Shown: positions 9,757 to 19,838 of the stretch, piece after piece
Layout: each line of letters starts with the position of its first letter
Position numbering within the stretch: position 1 is the stretch's first letter
Sequence record: NC_101842.1
DNA: 64,000 nt
Direction: 5' to 3' (one strand)
Source: a phage
Program-made: the position numbers and the translations under genes
Notes under the pieces: generated by a model
Told to the model about the DNA's origin: nothing
The model's database searches: none
Seen by the model: the letters and a program-made list of their open reading frames with translations, nothing else

Positions 9757-11824
9757 ATTTATGGCATCTGCATACAACCGTTTCGGTGAGCCAAACCCGA
9801 AAGCAACTAAGTATAAAAGTGGGGGAAGTGTGAAACGAGACTATCGTGATGAAAAAGAAGTTGAAACTGTAGAGACTGTTTTAGAAAATACTAAAATTGT
9901 CCCTGTCCCACAACAAAATATCGGTCTGATGGCTGCACAATATTTTGGTGTGCGATCAGCATTGTCCCAAGAAGACGGTGTGACAGTCACTGCAACATAT
10001 TTCCCATATTACGACCGCTACGGAAATCTGTCCGGTTTCAAAAAGCGCGACTGGACGATTCCTAAAGAGCAAAGGGGCCATTTCTCCGTTGTTGGCATCG
10101 TAAAGGCTAACTCCCAGATGTTTGGTCAAAAGCTGTGTGCATCTTCCAACAACCGTAAGCAGATTAACGTTTGCGAGGGAGAAGGTGATGTTATTGCAGC
10201 ATGGCAGGCTGCATATCAGATACAAGTAAAAGGGATTCTCACCAACGCTAAAGCCCCGGCAAAGGTGAAGCAGTGGGCTAAAGAGGTACAGGACGGGATC
10301 GATGCAGTTATCAACGGTGGTGATCTGGCAGGAAAACCCTGCCTACCTTTTGTTGGAATTAACTGCGGATGTGCAAACGCAGTAGATACTTTTGCAAACA
10401 ATGAGAAGTTTATCCGTAGCTATGGAACAGTTGTGCTGGCAATGGATAACGATGCAGCTAACGAGGTAGAGAAGCAAAAACACGTCATTAAAGGTGTTGA
10501 GGCTACGCACAATATCGCAGCATTTTTGATGGCTGATAACGTTTACCACGTAGAGTACCCTGGTGAAGTAAACGATCCTGACGGTGTAAAAGATATCCGT
10601 GACATGCTGAAGGCTAAAAAGCTGGAAGATATTGTAAACATGTTCCGGCATCCTGTTAAGTATGTACCGGATGCTGTATCGGATTTAGAAGACTTCTCTA
10701 TCGAATCTTTGCGGAAAAAGACTTCCAACGGGGTAGATATCAGCGCAGAGTTCCCAAAACTGCAAAAAATGCTAAAAGGCTTGCACAAAGGGACACTCGT
10801 AATGCTTACAGGTCCATCAGGAGGCGGTAAAACAACTGTAGCTAAAAAACTGGAACACTGTATTGCAAGATACCTAATGGACCCGACATGTCCAAAGGCT
10901 GATGATTACGAAGAGGATGATCGTCTATGCATGATTCATCTTGAGGAGGACCCAGAGGAAGCAATTAACTCCTTGTATGCAAACCAGTTAGGGTTTGATG
11001 TTAAAGAGTTTGTTGAAGATCCTAGCCAGTTTTTAACTGATCAAGAACACGCAGAGATTCACCAATCATGGGCAAAAGCTGGAAAAATCAAAGTGTTCAA
11101 ACATTTCGGGTCTATTCCAGTGGACGAGTTGATTACCAAGCTTAAGCAAATGGTTTGCCTGTACCATTGTCGTTATATTGTGCTGGATCACCTGTCCATG
11201 GTAATTTCAGGGCTTAATGTTAAGGATGAGCGAAAAGAACTGGACATGGCTATGACCCAACTGGCTGCGTTTTGTAAGCAGTTTAACGTGTTTATCTTGG
11301 TGATCGCTCACCTCAAACGTACAGAGATTGTGCCCCCTAAGGACAAGGATGGTAACCCATTACCTTTCTGGTATCCTGTGCGAAAAGAGAATTTGCGAGG
11401 ATCGGCTGGGCTTGAACAGTTGAGTTGGGTAGTCATAGGTGTCGAGGCCGAAGAAATGGTGGATCGTTCTCGTGGACGTGTCCGTCTGGTAGGTCTTAAA
11501 AACCGTCCAGCAAAAACTTTAGGTATTGCTGACACTTTAGTTATGGATCCGCATACAGGTAAGTTCCATGATGCCAGTAATTGGTACTGGGACAAAGAAA
11601 TGCAGATGTTTACAGACGGAGAAGGTGGGGAGGTTGTTTGGAGACCTCAGGCTATGTTTGAGGATCAGGAGCATGCAGTTGTAGAAACACCTATGGGCAA
11701 GGTTGTGGCTGATAAGGTTGTAACACCCACTGTCAAGCCTATTGACACGCAGGAAGACCTCCAATACGATGATCCATCCTCTGATCCGGTCCCTGGTTTT
11801 GAGGATGATGAAACACCTTTTTAA
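9746..11824 (+). CDS. bifunctional DNA primase-helicase
   Basis: TOPRIM-like VCEGEGDVIAAW and MDNDAANE; Walker A GPSGGGKTT, Walker B IVLDHL; acidic C-terminal tail ...FEDDETPF; AAGGAG RBS. Confidence 0.8.
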   Translation: MGSKFMASAYNRFGEPNPKATKYKSGGSVKRDYRDEKEVETVETVLENTKIVPVPQQNIGLMAAQYFGVRSALSQEDGVTVTATYFPYYDRYGNLSGFKKRDWTIPKEQRGHFSVVGIVKANSQMFGQKLCASSNNRKQINVCEGEGDVIAAWQAAYQIQVKGILTNAKAPAKVKQWAKEVQDGIDAVINGGDLAGKPCLPFVGINCGCANAVDTFANNEKFIRSYGTVVLAMDNDAANEVEKQKHVIKGVEATHNIAAFLMADNVYHVEYPGEVNDPDGVKDIRDMLKAKKLEDIVNMFRHPVKYVPDAVSDLEDFSIESLRKKTSNGVDISAEFPKLQKMLKGLHKGTLVMLTGPSGGGKTTVAKKLEHCIARYLMDPTCPKADDYEEDDRLCMIHLEEDPEEAINSLYANQLGFDVKEFVEDPSQFLTDQEHAEIHQSWAKAGKIKVFKHFGSIPVDELITKLKQMVCLYHCRYIVLDHLSMVISGLNVKDERKELDMAMTQLAAFCKQFNVFILVIAHLKRTEIVPPKDKDGNPLPFWYPVRKENLRGSAGLEQLSWVVIGVEAEEMVDRSRGRVRLVGLKNRPAKTLGIADTLVMDPHTGKFHDASNWYWDKEMQMFTDGEGGEVVWRPQAMFEDQEHAVVETPMGKVVADKVVTPTVKPIDTQEDLQYDDPSSDPVPGFEDDETPF

Positions 11825-11882
11825 TGTTTAACAAAGAGTGGGAGGGGTAGTACAACCGCCTCCCCTTTAAGGAGAACTGTAT

Positions 11883-14660
11883 ATGAGCATGTGGTCGTTC
11901 GACTTTGAGTCATCCGGTTTGCTGGAAGATCCAGATCTTTATTATCACTGCGGCCTGTTTAAAGAGCTGAATAAGAACCGTTTTATGCTGTTCCTTCCTC
12001 TAAATGACCGCACACACTACTCCGAAGAGGATATAGAGAAGGCTAAGAACTTTATTCTGGCAAAGAAAACTCTTCATAAAGATTTTGAAGTTCGCATAGC
12101 AGATTTTTCGGAGTTGGAAGGTTGGCTTACAGGCAATTCCGACTGGTCACCAACAGCTTTGAACTGCCATAACTGCTACAGTTATGACTTTATGCTGATA
12201 GAAAGATTATCCGGTATTCATTTTGATATGTTCCGTGATCCTAAATGCATGGGGACTATCAACGACCACCAGGTTAACCTGTTTGATACGTTGGCGATGA
12301 GCAGAATCTTGTGGCCTGATCGCCCTTTACCAAAAGGTTGTCCGGACTCTGTATTCAACCCGGTTACTAAGAAAATGCAGCCTGTTGGTCCTCACGGCCT
12401 TATGGCATGGGGCTACGCCCTTGGTAACCAGAAAGTTCAAATTGATGACTGGCGCGATCTTCCGTTGTGGAAGTATGTGGATCGTGTATTCGAGGACGTT
12501 ATCATCCAGGAGCTGCTCTGGAAAGAGCTGGTAGCGGAATCAAAAGGTGTATTCTACGGCAAATCTGACATGCAGAACTTTATGTACGATCCAGCCAAAG
12601 AGAAGCCGAAAGGGTTCAAGAAAATCACCTGGAAGAACGCATTACGCCGAGGCATGCTGCAGCACTTCCTGATGGAGCTGCAGGCCCGTCAGGGTGTGTA
12701 TTTCGACATAGATGGGGCTATTGCTTTACGTGACCGTTGCGATGCGTGGATGAAAGAGATCGCTGATCGTGTTGAACCTCAACTTCCTTTAAAAGAGTTG
12801 TCAATGTCTCAGCGGCCCAAGTTCCCTGAAAAGCCGTTTAACCAAGATGGGACAATCTCCAATAATGGTTGGAAATGGTTAAAAGATAAGCTTGGCTATC
12901 CTGTAGACATGAGCGCTTTAGAATTCAAAGCCCCGCCTAAGCGAGCATTTACCTCCACAGGAGATGTCAGCAAGATGGGGATAAAATGGTGCGAAGAGAT
13001 GGGCTGCAAAGACCCCGACAAGATGGCTGATTTCTTGAGAGGTTATATTAAGGGCACCTCCACACCACAACCTTTACCTAAAGAGCTGATGGATCAGGCA
13101 ATAAGTGATCTGCAGCAGAAGCGAATGCCTGACTGCAAGATACCTATGAAAATCAGCAATCAGGACGACATTAAGCGATACCTGATCAGTGCTGGTTGGC
13201 TTCCGACAATGTGGAGAACTAAGGATGTAACTAAGGACAGCAAGAAGAAAGCTCTACCTGATGCAGATGTTGATGCACGAGTATATGCATACATGGACGA
13301 GCTTTTAGAGTCAGAGTATTGTGACCTAATTATCAACTTCTGGAACAAAACTGATGCTAAGTTTCAGACAACAGTGCACAAGTTCCGAAGCTTTCCTAAC
13401 TCCGAAAGGATTAAAAAGGAAGTGTTCGGGAAAATACGCAGAAAAGCCAGGGCACTTATTACTTCTCCGCAACTGAAAGATACGTTTGGACACCTATGTC
13501 CGAATCTTGAAAAATTGAACGGAGAGATGGCTAAAGATATCGTCTTGTGGTTATCATTGCGAAACCGCAGATCGGTCCTTGATCCAATCAAGGAGGATAA
13601 GGTTGATACTGGTCTTCTTAATCACCCACGTTTGAAGATTGACCATAAGCTTCCTGCTAAAAGCTCTGGATTAACAAACACTTCCCGACAGAAACACAGT
13701 ATTTGTGCAAACATGCCTAAACCATCTCCTAAAGTGGTTATGGGTAAAGAGATGCGTAGCTTGTGGGGTGTTCCTCCTGGATACTTTGAGATCGGTATTG
13801 ACGGGTCCAACTTAGAGCAGCTTATCGGGGCTTGGGGTGCCTTTGAGTTCGACAACGGCTTGTACTATGATGTTGTAAGTAACGGGGACGCACACCAAAA
13901 CAATGCTGAGGCATATACAAAAGTAGCAGGCAGAGAGGTGTCTCGTAACGACGGTAAACCTATCACGTATGGGGTTATGTACGGGGCACAAAAAGATAAA
14001 GTTGCAGATATGCTGGATATCTCCCCAGAGTTGGGGCAAAGGGTGATCGATGCACTTTGGGATGCCAACCCCGGTCTTAAGGGGCGCAAAGAGGATCTGG
14101 AGAAATTCTGGGAAGCAACAGGTAAGAAGTTTATCTACTCTTTTGATGGTCATGCTATCTGGACCCGATCTAAACACTCTTTACTTAATGCATACCAACA
14201 AAATGGTGGTGCATCGCTGTGTGACTTAGTTGGGATACTCATGCACCACCAAATGGTGAAGCGTGGGTGGTACGATGAAGGTGTCCGTCGTATTATCTAT
14301 TACCATGACGAATATCAGCTTCAAGTGCCTGACACACCGAAGTATAAGACTGTGTACACCTTCGACACAATTGAAGAACTGGAAGCATTTAAGGCAGAGC
14401 AGGAAGCCAAACTTCATGTGTTCGACGGTCATAAGTACAAAAAGGCACGCAAGGATGAGGACGGAAACGAAGTGGTTGACAGAGACGGAAACACGGTGTA
14501 CGATCCTATCCTGAACGATGACGGAAAGCTTGAACTTATCTGGAGCCCTGTGGGTGAAATGGTGGTGCATTGCTTCTGGCAAGCTTCTAAAATGATGGGA
14601 GTCCCGTTCCAGATCACAGGTGAATACTTGTGTGGTCGTAACTGGGGTGATTGTCACTAA
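11883..14660 (+). CDS. DNA polymerase, family A, with N-terminal 3'-5' exonuclease motifs
   Basis: Exo I FDFESSG; pol motif A-like EIGIDGSNLEQL; motif B R...K...YGVMYG; motif C YYHDEY. Confidence 0.85.
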   Translation: MSMWSFDFESSGLLEDPDLYYHCGLFKELNKNRFMLFLPLNDRTHYSEEDIEKAKNFILAKKTLHKDFEVRIADFSELEGWLTGNSDWSPTALNCHNCYSYDFMLIERLSGIHFDMFRDPKCMGTINDHQVNLFDTLAMSRILWPDRPLPKGCPDSVFNPVTKKMQPVGPHGLMAWGYALGNQKVQIDDWRDLPLWKYVDRVFEDVIIQELLWKELVAESKGVFYGKSDMQNFMYDPAKEKPKGFKKITWKNALRRGMLQHFLMELQARQGVYFDIDGAIALRDRCDAWMKEIADRVEPQLPLKELSMSQRPKFPEKPFNQDGTISNNGWKWLKDKLGYPVDMSALEFKAPPKRAFTSTGDVSKMGIKWCEEMGCKDPDKMADFLRGYIKGTSTPQPLPKELMDQAISDLQQKRMPDCKIPMKISNQDDIKRYLISAGWLPTMWRTKDVTKDSKKKALPDADVDARVYAYMDELLESEYCDLIINFWNKTDAKFQTTVHKFRSFPNSERIKKEVFGKIRRKARALITSPQLKDTFGHLCPNLEKLNGEMAKDIVLWLSLRNRRSVLDPIKEDKVDTGLLNHPRLKIDHKLPAKSSGLTNTSRQKHSICANMPKPSPKVVMGKEMRSLWGVPPGYFEIGIDGSNLEQLIGAWGAFEFDNGLYYDVVSNGDAHQNNAEAYTKVAGREVSRNDGKPITYGVMYGAQKDKVADMLDISPELGQRVIDALWDANPGLKGRKEDLEKFWEATGKKFIYSFDGHAIWTRSKHSLLNAYQQNGGASLCDLVGILMHHQMVKRGWYDEGVRRIIYYHDEYQLQVPDTPKYKTVYTFDTIEELEAFKAEQEAKLHVFDGHKYKKARKDEDGNEVVDRDGNTVYDPILNDDGKLELIWSPVGEMVVHCFWQASKMMGVPFQITGEYLCGRNWGDCH

Positions 14661-14709
14661 TGTAAACTATCAGCACAGGGAGGTGCTGTTGAGCAAAGAG
14701 GAGACTTTT

Positions 14710-14994
14710 ATGGTAGTAGAGCCAACAAAAACATTTACATCCATGACCATTCCTGTTATTATGCAGGTGGAGTGTGTTCAGGTATCTCAAGTGTGGCCTG
14801 GCACCAAAATCCCAACAGGGCCTGATTTCTTTCAGGTTGGGAAAGTGTACAATGTCTGGAAGGCACCAGATTGTTACCCTTTCATTAAAGATGACCGTGG
14901 GATGCTGTGGTATCTTGGAAATGACTTGACACTGCACCTTGGGAATGCTATTATTGCAGTATTCAGACTTAACAAGAAGGAGACCGATCAATGA
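14710..14994 (+). CDS. hypothetical protein (tandem paralog family A, member 1)
   Basis: Internal ATG with AGAGGAG RBS; shares KDDRGMLWYLGND-type block with the next two ORFs. Confidence 0.55.
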   Translation: MVVEPTKTFTSMTIPVIMQVECVQVSQVWPGTKIPTGPDFFQVGKVYNVWKAPDCYPFIKDDRGMLWYLGNDLTLHLGNAIIAVFRLNKKETDQ

Positions 14995-15218
14995 CGACTT
15001 TGGTTAAAGCTACCTTTGTAGAAGAAAAGATGACAGACCTGTCATTCTTTAAAGAAGGAAAGACCTACGAGGTTTATTACGATAAAGCTCGTGCAAACAA
15101 AATGATTAAAGACGAGGAAGGGGTTGCCTGGTATATCTCTCACCTGGCAAACGGTGAGTATCATATCTACGGAACCACTTTGCTTGCCAAGTTTGTAGTT
15201 GTTGAAGAGGACCTATGA
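14991..15218 (+). CDS. hypothetical protein (paralog family A, member 2)
   Basis: ATGA overlap; block KDEEGVAWYISHLANG. Confidence 0.6.
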   Translation: MTTLVKATFVEEKMTDLSFFKEGKTYEVYYDKARANKMIKDEEGVAWYISHLANGEYHIYGTTLLAKFVVVEEDL

Positions 15219-15409
15219 AAGTAAAGTATCTTGCTGAAGGTATGAATAGGTATTTTACCCTTGGGGAAGAATATTGGCCCTTTACAAACAACGGTGATGT
15301 CTACGTGAAAGATAATTTCGGCACGCCGTGGTTTCTGCACTCTAATGGGCTGGGATACTCCATTTACTGCGGTGCAGTGAACAACACAACTCTTGCAGAG
15401 TTCGTTTAG
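15215..15409 (+). CDS. hypothetical protein (paralog family A, member 3)
   Basis: ATGA overlap; block KDNFGTPWFLHSNGLG. Confidence 0.6.
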   Translation: MKVKYLAEGMNRYFTLGEEYWPFTNNGDVYVKDNFGTPWFLHSNGLGYSIYCGAVNNTTLAEFV

Positions 15410-15419
15410 AGGAGGTAGG

Positions 15420-15791
15420 ATGTTAGTAAAAGGTACCCACACAGTCAAACAACGTATTGAAGTTGAGATTGATGATTGTGAGCTGAAGCATATTTTACGG
15501 TCATGCTCCAACGTTTTGCTCCTTAGTATTCTTCAGGAGCGAGCGGAGAACGAGTTCTTAAATGCATTGGCAGGCCGTCCCGGTGACTTCTGTGTGCGTA
15601 AGCGTGGTGACAACAAGTCATGGTTGTGGGAAATCGATGCCGACTGGGATTACCACAAAAATGAAGGTATAGATGAGCCTATTCGTGAACTGACTGACAA
15701 AGAGATTCAGATGTACAATGAAGTTTGTCATTGGGCAACACGCCAACAAATTTACCTAGACCCTGTGTGGCTGATTGAAAATAGCCATTGA
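15420..15791 (+). CDS. hypothetical protein
   Basis: ATG at 15420 after GAGGAGG RBS; track ORF 15393-15791 trimmed. Confidence 0.55.
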   Translation: MLVKGTHTVKQRIEVEIDDCELKHILRSCSNVLLLSILQERAENEFLNALAGRPGDFCVRKRGDNKSWLWEIDADWDYHKNEGIDEPIRELTDKEIQMYNEVCHWATRQQIYLDPVWLIENSH

Positions 15792-15816
15792 CAAGAAGTA
15801 AGATTAGATATAAGAT
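15788..15816 (+). promoter_or_regulatory. sigma70-like promoter
   Basis: TTGACA, 17-nt spacer, TAAGAT, upstream of the ORF at 15868. Confidence 0.45.
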
Positions 15817-15867
15817 GCTTCGCACAAACAGAGTGTTGATTTTTAAATAACTAAGGAGACTGCTAAG

Positions 15868-16122
15868 ATGAAAATTACTTTGAAGTCAGAATGCGTTGCA
15901 AATGACCGAGCTTTTAAAGATTGCACAGTCGGTGCAATTTATGAAGCAGAGTTTTGTGAGAACCCTCTGGTAAAAGCCCTCCTGGAAGAAGGGGCCCCTT
16001 TATCACAAGAAGAGATCGATGAGCTGGAAAACTCAGCACAGTGCCTTACCTTTAAAGATGATGAAGGAGACTCTGTATGGTGCACTGTTAATGAAGTAGT
16101 TTTTGTAAAACCTGAACATTAA
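15868..16122 (+). CDS. hypothetical protein (paralog family B, member 1)
   Basis: AAGGAG RBS; blocks DRAFKDCTVGAIYEAE and KDDEGDSVWCTV shared with the next ORF. Confidence 0.65.
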   Translation: MKITLKSECVANDRAFKDCTVGAIYEAEFCENPLVKALLEEGAPLSQEEIDELENSAQCLTFKDDEGDSVWCTVNEVVFVKPEH

Positions 16123-16125
16123 TAC

Positions 16126-16154
16126 TTGACAACAGTGATGGGGCCTAATATAAT
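16126..16154 (+). promoter_or_regulatory. sigma70 consensus promoter
   Basis: TTGACA, 17-nt spacer, TATAAT; lies inside the 5' extension of track ORF 16126-16446. Confidence 0.55.
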
Positions 16155-16185
16155 GGCCCTATCAAAACGAAAGGGGACCACAGCA

Positions 16186-16446
16186 ATGACCAAACAATAC
16201 CAACGAATTAAAGCCAAGGTTAAGCCAGACTATCTGGAGAAAGACTCTGCTTTTCGGGACTGCACAGCCGACAAAGTTTACACAGGGGCTGTCCTGTTGA
16301 ACGATAAACTTGAAGTAGATGTGCTGGGTAAAGAGGCCGTTATCGAGGATGACAACGGTGACTGTGTTTTCTGCACCACACGGGAGCTAGAAGTCTTAGA
16401 ATACTTCGGTGAAATCTTCAACTCTTTAGACGACGAGGAAGCGTGA
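16186..16446 (+). CDS. hypothetical protein (paralog family B, member 2)
   Basis: ATG downstream of the promoter; blocks DSAFRDCTADKVYTGA and EDDNGDCVFCTT. Confidence 0.6.
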   Translation: MTKQYQRIKAKVKPDYLEKDSAFRDCTADKVYTGAVLLNDKLEVDVLGKEAVIEDDNGDCVFCTTRELEVLEYFGEIFNSLDDEEA

Positions 16447-16835
16447 TGAAAAATATTTGGGATATTGATATCTTTGAAGCCTCTAAGCTTGACGGTGCTG
16501 ATGGAGTTATTATGGTGTCTGATGGCAAGGCAACACTAACTTCCGGAGATATCATCTATGCCTTGGACGAGCTGGCGCTTCTGAAATCTACCGGTAACAC
16601 TTTAGAGGAGCGTCTTCAAGGCTTCGCCTTCAAAGAAGGTACAAATACCGCCATGATGTGCACCACACGGACAGTTCAGGTTGGTAACGGTGTCTATATG
16701 ATCATTGCGGTGTGTCATAAATTCAGCAACGTCAATAAAGATGATGCTGACGCTGTCAACGATGTGGTTGTTCTCTTCGTAGGTGACGCTATGGCAGACC
16801 TGATGAATGCAGGAGAAGCGGCAAATGAAGACTGA
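16443..16835 (+). CDS. hypothetical protein
   Basis: ATGA overlap with upstream stop. Confidence 0.6.
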   Translation: MMKNIWDIDIFEASKLDGADGVIMVSDGKATLTSGDIIYALDELALLKSTGNTLEERLQGFAFKEGTNTAMMCTTRTVQVGNGVYMIIAVCHKFSNVNKDDADAVNDVVVLFVGDAMADLMNAGEAANED

Positions 16836-17127
16836 AAACATTACCCCAGCAGGGTTCTTAAAAGTATACCGTGAACTGCTATATACTACAGAGGACAGTG
16901 TTCTAGAGTATCCAGAATATCTTTTGCTGTATAAGTATCTGCAGGAGGCTGGTGAAAATCTGCCAGTTAGTGCAGAAGGTGGTCCGAACTGGATATACAG
17001 CGCATGGAGAAAGGTTGACATTCTCCCAGATCCAGGTAAAGATATGGTAGTTTGGCAGCTTATCAACAACATTGGGATTCCAATCTTTGATGAAGCTGTT
17101 AAAATCTATTTTGAACTTGACGATTAA
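16825..17127 (+). CDS. hypothetical protein
   Basis: ATG at 16825 after AGGAG; track ORF 16807-17127 trimmed. Confidence 0.5.
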   Translation: MKTENITPAGFLKVYRELLYTTEDSVLEYPEYLLLYKYLQEAGENLPVSAEGGPNWIYSAWRKVDILPDPGKDMVVWQLINNIGIPIFDEAVKIYFELDD

Positions 17128-17144
17128 TATCAGGAGACCTTAAG

Positions 17145-17390
17145 ATGACTGAAGTAGTTGCTCGCGCAGGACAGAAAGTACGTTGTGTTGAAGTAGGTTT
17201 TGGTGGCAAAGGGTGTCAAAACTTGACTCAAGGTAAGGAATACGCTGTTATTTCTGGTGGTGGCGACGAAAGTATTGTGTTCGAGGGCCACATCCTGGAT
17301 GCTGAAAACTTTGAAATCTTTGACGACGATGGGGATCCGATCACCTGCCTGCTGGACGGGAATTGGGGAACTTTCGAAGTGATTGGCTAA
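17145..17390 (+). CDS. hypothetical protein (DDDGD motif, related to paralog families A/B)
   Basis: CAGGAGA RBS; block FDDDGDPITCLLDGNWG. Confidence 0.6.
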   Translation: MTEVVARAGQKVRCVEVGFGGKGCQNLTQGKEYAVISGGGDESIVFEGHILDAENFEIFDDDGDPITCLLDGNWGTFEVIG

Positions 17391-17473
17391 CAAATACCTA
17401 TTGTAATTTGCAGAAGGGGATGCTAAAATAGTGTCTCCTTCTATGTTGTTCAAATAAAATCGGAGATTCCATA

Positions 17474-17839
17474 ATGGAACAAATGAACGATCAAGCGTCG
17501 GTTGCGATGAACGAGCAAGAACAACCTCAAGAATTTTTCTTAGGGTTAAGTAAAGATCAAGTGTCTCTTCTGCTAGTGCTTTCTTCTTTCATGGGAAGAC
17601 TTCAGGAGCTCACACAACAACCAGAGGCTGAACAATTATTTCAAGCTCTGCGTGAAGAAGAAAAATATCGTCGTTTGGACTATGCCTTAGGTTGGGTAGC
17701 TCAACAACGAGATATGCTGATGGCCCTCTCTGGGACCACAAGTTTTGCAATGGGGCTGTTGGCTCAAGTTCAGGACAAATTAATTCAAGCAGGGTTTGCA
17801 CACACGGCAAACACTAACGAAGAACAAGGAGACAAATAA
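17474..17839 (+). CDS. hypothetical protein
   Basis: GGAGA RBS; Q/E-rich. Confidence 0.6.
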   Translation: MEQMNDQASVAMNEQEQPQEFFLGLSKDQVSLLLVLSSFMGRLQELTQQPEAEQLFQALREEEKYRRLDYALGWVAQQRDMLMALSGTTSFAMGLLAQVQDKLIQAGFAHTANTNEEQGDK

Positions 17840-19065
17840 TGAGCGTTATTCAACAATTCGCTAACCCGATGAATCCGCGTGAAACTGTTTTACTGGCTCA
17901 CGGCATGATTAAACGTGTCAGCATCAAGCCTATCAAAGGTGCTGATCCTACAACAGGTATTAAAACCACTGTGTGGCAAGGTAAGAAAATTGAATCCAGC
18001 CACACCATCTCTTTACTGATTTCTGAACTGGATTCCTCTGATAACCTGCTTCAAAGTGGTGAAGAAGTTTGGATCAGCATGGGTGATAAGCTGCTTAAAC
18101 CTGGTCATCAAGACTCTGTCTCTGTTAAAATTGATGACAAGTGGGAAACCGTAACGCCGGGATGGATCGTAAATATCCCTTTGAAGGCAAACGAGCATAA
18201 CGGTAAGACCTATTACAAAGGCTCACTGGCTAAGATGGTCAAGCTGGGTGCAGGAGAGGCTCCAGCAGCGACTCAGCAGCAAAAACAGCAACAAGGTGCA
18301 CAATCACAAGGCCAGAAGCAGAAACCTCAGCAGAATGCCAATCAGGACGTTTTACGCATCTATGGCGATGTGACTCAGATTGTTGGCAACGTGGTTACTG
18401 TTAATGACCACAAGATTGGCGAAGGTGCTATGGTTGTAACTGATGAGCAGCTTAAAGACCTGGTGGTAGGTGGTCGTGTTGCAGCCATTGTTGACAAAGA
18501 CACCGGAAACATTATCAGTGGTTTCAAAGCCTATCCCCCTAAGGCAGAGAACGGCACTCAAGGCTCCGGTGGCAAGCGTAAATCCTCTTACGACCCTATC
18601 GGTGTGGAAACGGGGCATAGCATCAATGCGTTGCAGATCATCCTGGATCGCGGGTTTAAGGTAGACGACCCACTGGGCGTGGCTAAAACACTGCACGTAG
18701 TCACCATTGAGCTTAAGAAAGAGTATGCTCAAGCCACCAACCGAACTGAAGATGAAGTAGGTGCCAGTGTCGGTAATGCGGTGTTGAACGCTTGTCGCCG
18801 TATTGACAAGAAAACGAAAGTTGATGATTTTGCAGCGGCAATTACTGCAGAAGCAAAAGATGTCTTGACTAATCTGGCTGAACCGTTGTACGATTGGATC
18901 AAGAACGGTGCTGGGTCAACTGACTATCAAGAACCCCAGGCTGCCAAACAGGAAGCAGCTCCACAGCAAAACACTGTAGACGCTCCTCCTGTAAATGATG
19001 AGGAAGATGACCCAATGGATCAGAATCCAGCACAGTATACCTTTGATGATGACATCCCTTTTTAA
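17839..19065 (+). CDS. putative ssDNA-binding protein with SSB-like acidic C-terminal tip
   Basis: Ends ...FDDDIPF, identical in the last residues to E. coli SSB; Q-rich low-complexity linker; sits in the replication module; AAGGAGA RBS. Confidence 0.55.
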   Translation: MSVIQQFANPMNPRETVLLAHGMIKRVSIKPIKGADPTTGIKTTVWQGKKIESSHTISLLISELDSSDNLLQSGEEVWISMGDKLLKPGHQDSVSVKIDDKWETVTPGWIVNIPLKANEHNGKTYYKGSLAKMVKLGAGEAPAATQQQKQQQGAQSQGQKQKPQQNANQDVLRIYGDVTQIVGNVVTVNDHKIGEGAMVVTDEQLKDLVVGGRVAAIVDKDTGNIISGFKAYPPKAENGTQGSGGKRKSSYDPIGVETGHSINALQIILDRGFKVDDPLGVAKTLHVVTIELKKEYAQATNRTEDEVGASVGNAVLNACRRIDKKTKVDDFAAAITAEAKDVLTNLAEPLYDWIKNGAGSTDYQEPQAAKQEAAPQQNTVDAPPVNDEEDDPMDQNPAQYTFDDDIPF

Positions 19066-19080
19066 CATCTAGTTAACATA

Positions 19081-19110
19081 GCCCTGCCCGAAAGGGTGGG
19101 GCATTTTTGT
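19081..19110 (+). terminator. rho-independent terminator (repeated element, copy 2)
   Basis: Same CCCTGCCC-GAAA-GGGTGGGG hairpin followed by CATTTTTG. Confidence 0.6.
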
Positions 19111-19127
19111 ATAAGGAGATCTGAAAA

Positions 19128-19544
19128 ATGACATTAGAAGATATCATTGTTAAGCCTGAGAACTATGACCAATACAACCTGTCAACTCAATCTGTAGACC
19201 TTGGATGCGCCACGGTCAGTGCGTGGCTGGTTAACGGAAAAGAGCTGGATAAATGCTTAGAAGCTCACATGTCTATTAACAAGTTTCTGGATGAAAATAC
19301 TCACTGGCTTGAGGGTGCAGGCGTATATGCTTCATGGTTGGATAGTATGGGATTCGACTACCAATCTGAAGAGGGGTGGTGGAGCTATTTAGCTATCTGT
19401 CCAGAGACGCTACAATGCTTCATGAAATATTCTGAAGATTTGGAGTACCGGGCGGTGGTTGATAGTGCTATTGCCCGTTATAGCCGTAAACCTTTTTCCC
19501 ACGACATTAAAACTGTGGAAGAATTTGTTGAAGTTTTCTGTTGA
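19128..19544 (+). CDS. hypothetical protein
   Basis: AAGGAGA RBS. Confidence 0.6.
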   Translation: MTLEDIIVKPENYDQYNLSTQSVDLGCATVSAWLVNGKELDKCLEAHMSINKFLDENTHWLEGAGVYASWLDSMGFDYQSEEGWWSYLAICPETLQCFMKYSEDLEYRAVVDSAIARYSRKPFSHDIKTVEEFVEVFC

Positions 19545-19640
19545 CACAGATTGAAAGGTGTGCAATTATAACTTCATAGAACGGGAGGACGTGATGAACG
19601 AAGAAAACTGGGATGTATAACTAACAGGAGGCCACTGCCC

Positions 19641-19838
19641 ATGATTTATCGAATCCGTGTAAGAGAAGATGCACCAGGCTGTTACTTTGACTGGCGTGGG
19701 TGGTGGTTTATCCACCCAATGGATGGACTCACAGATAGAATGCTGGATGCTGCCCTTTACACAGATACCGACATAGAATATAATCTCTATCTGAAGGACG
19801 GTATAGATAACGGCCTGTTTGAAGCAATTCCTGTGTAA
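19641..19838 (+). CDS. hypothetical protein
   Basis: CAGGAGG RBS. Confidence 0.55.
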   Translation: MIYRIRVREDAPGCYFDWRGWWFIHPMDGLTDRMLDAALYTDTDIEYNLYLKDGIDNGLFEAIPV

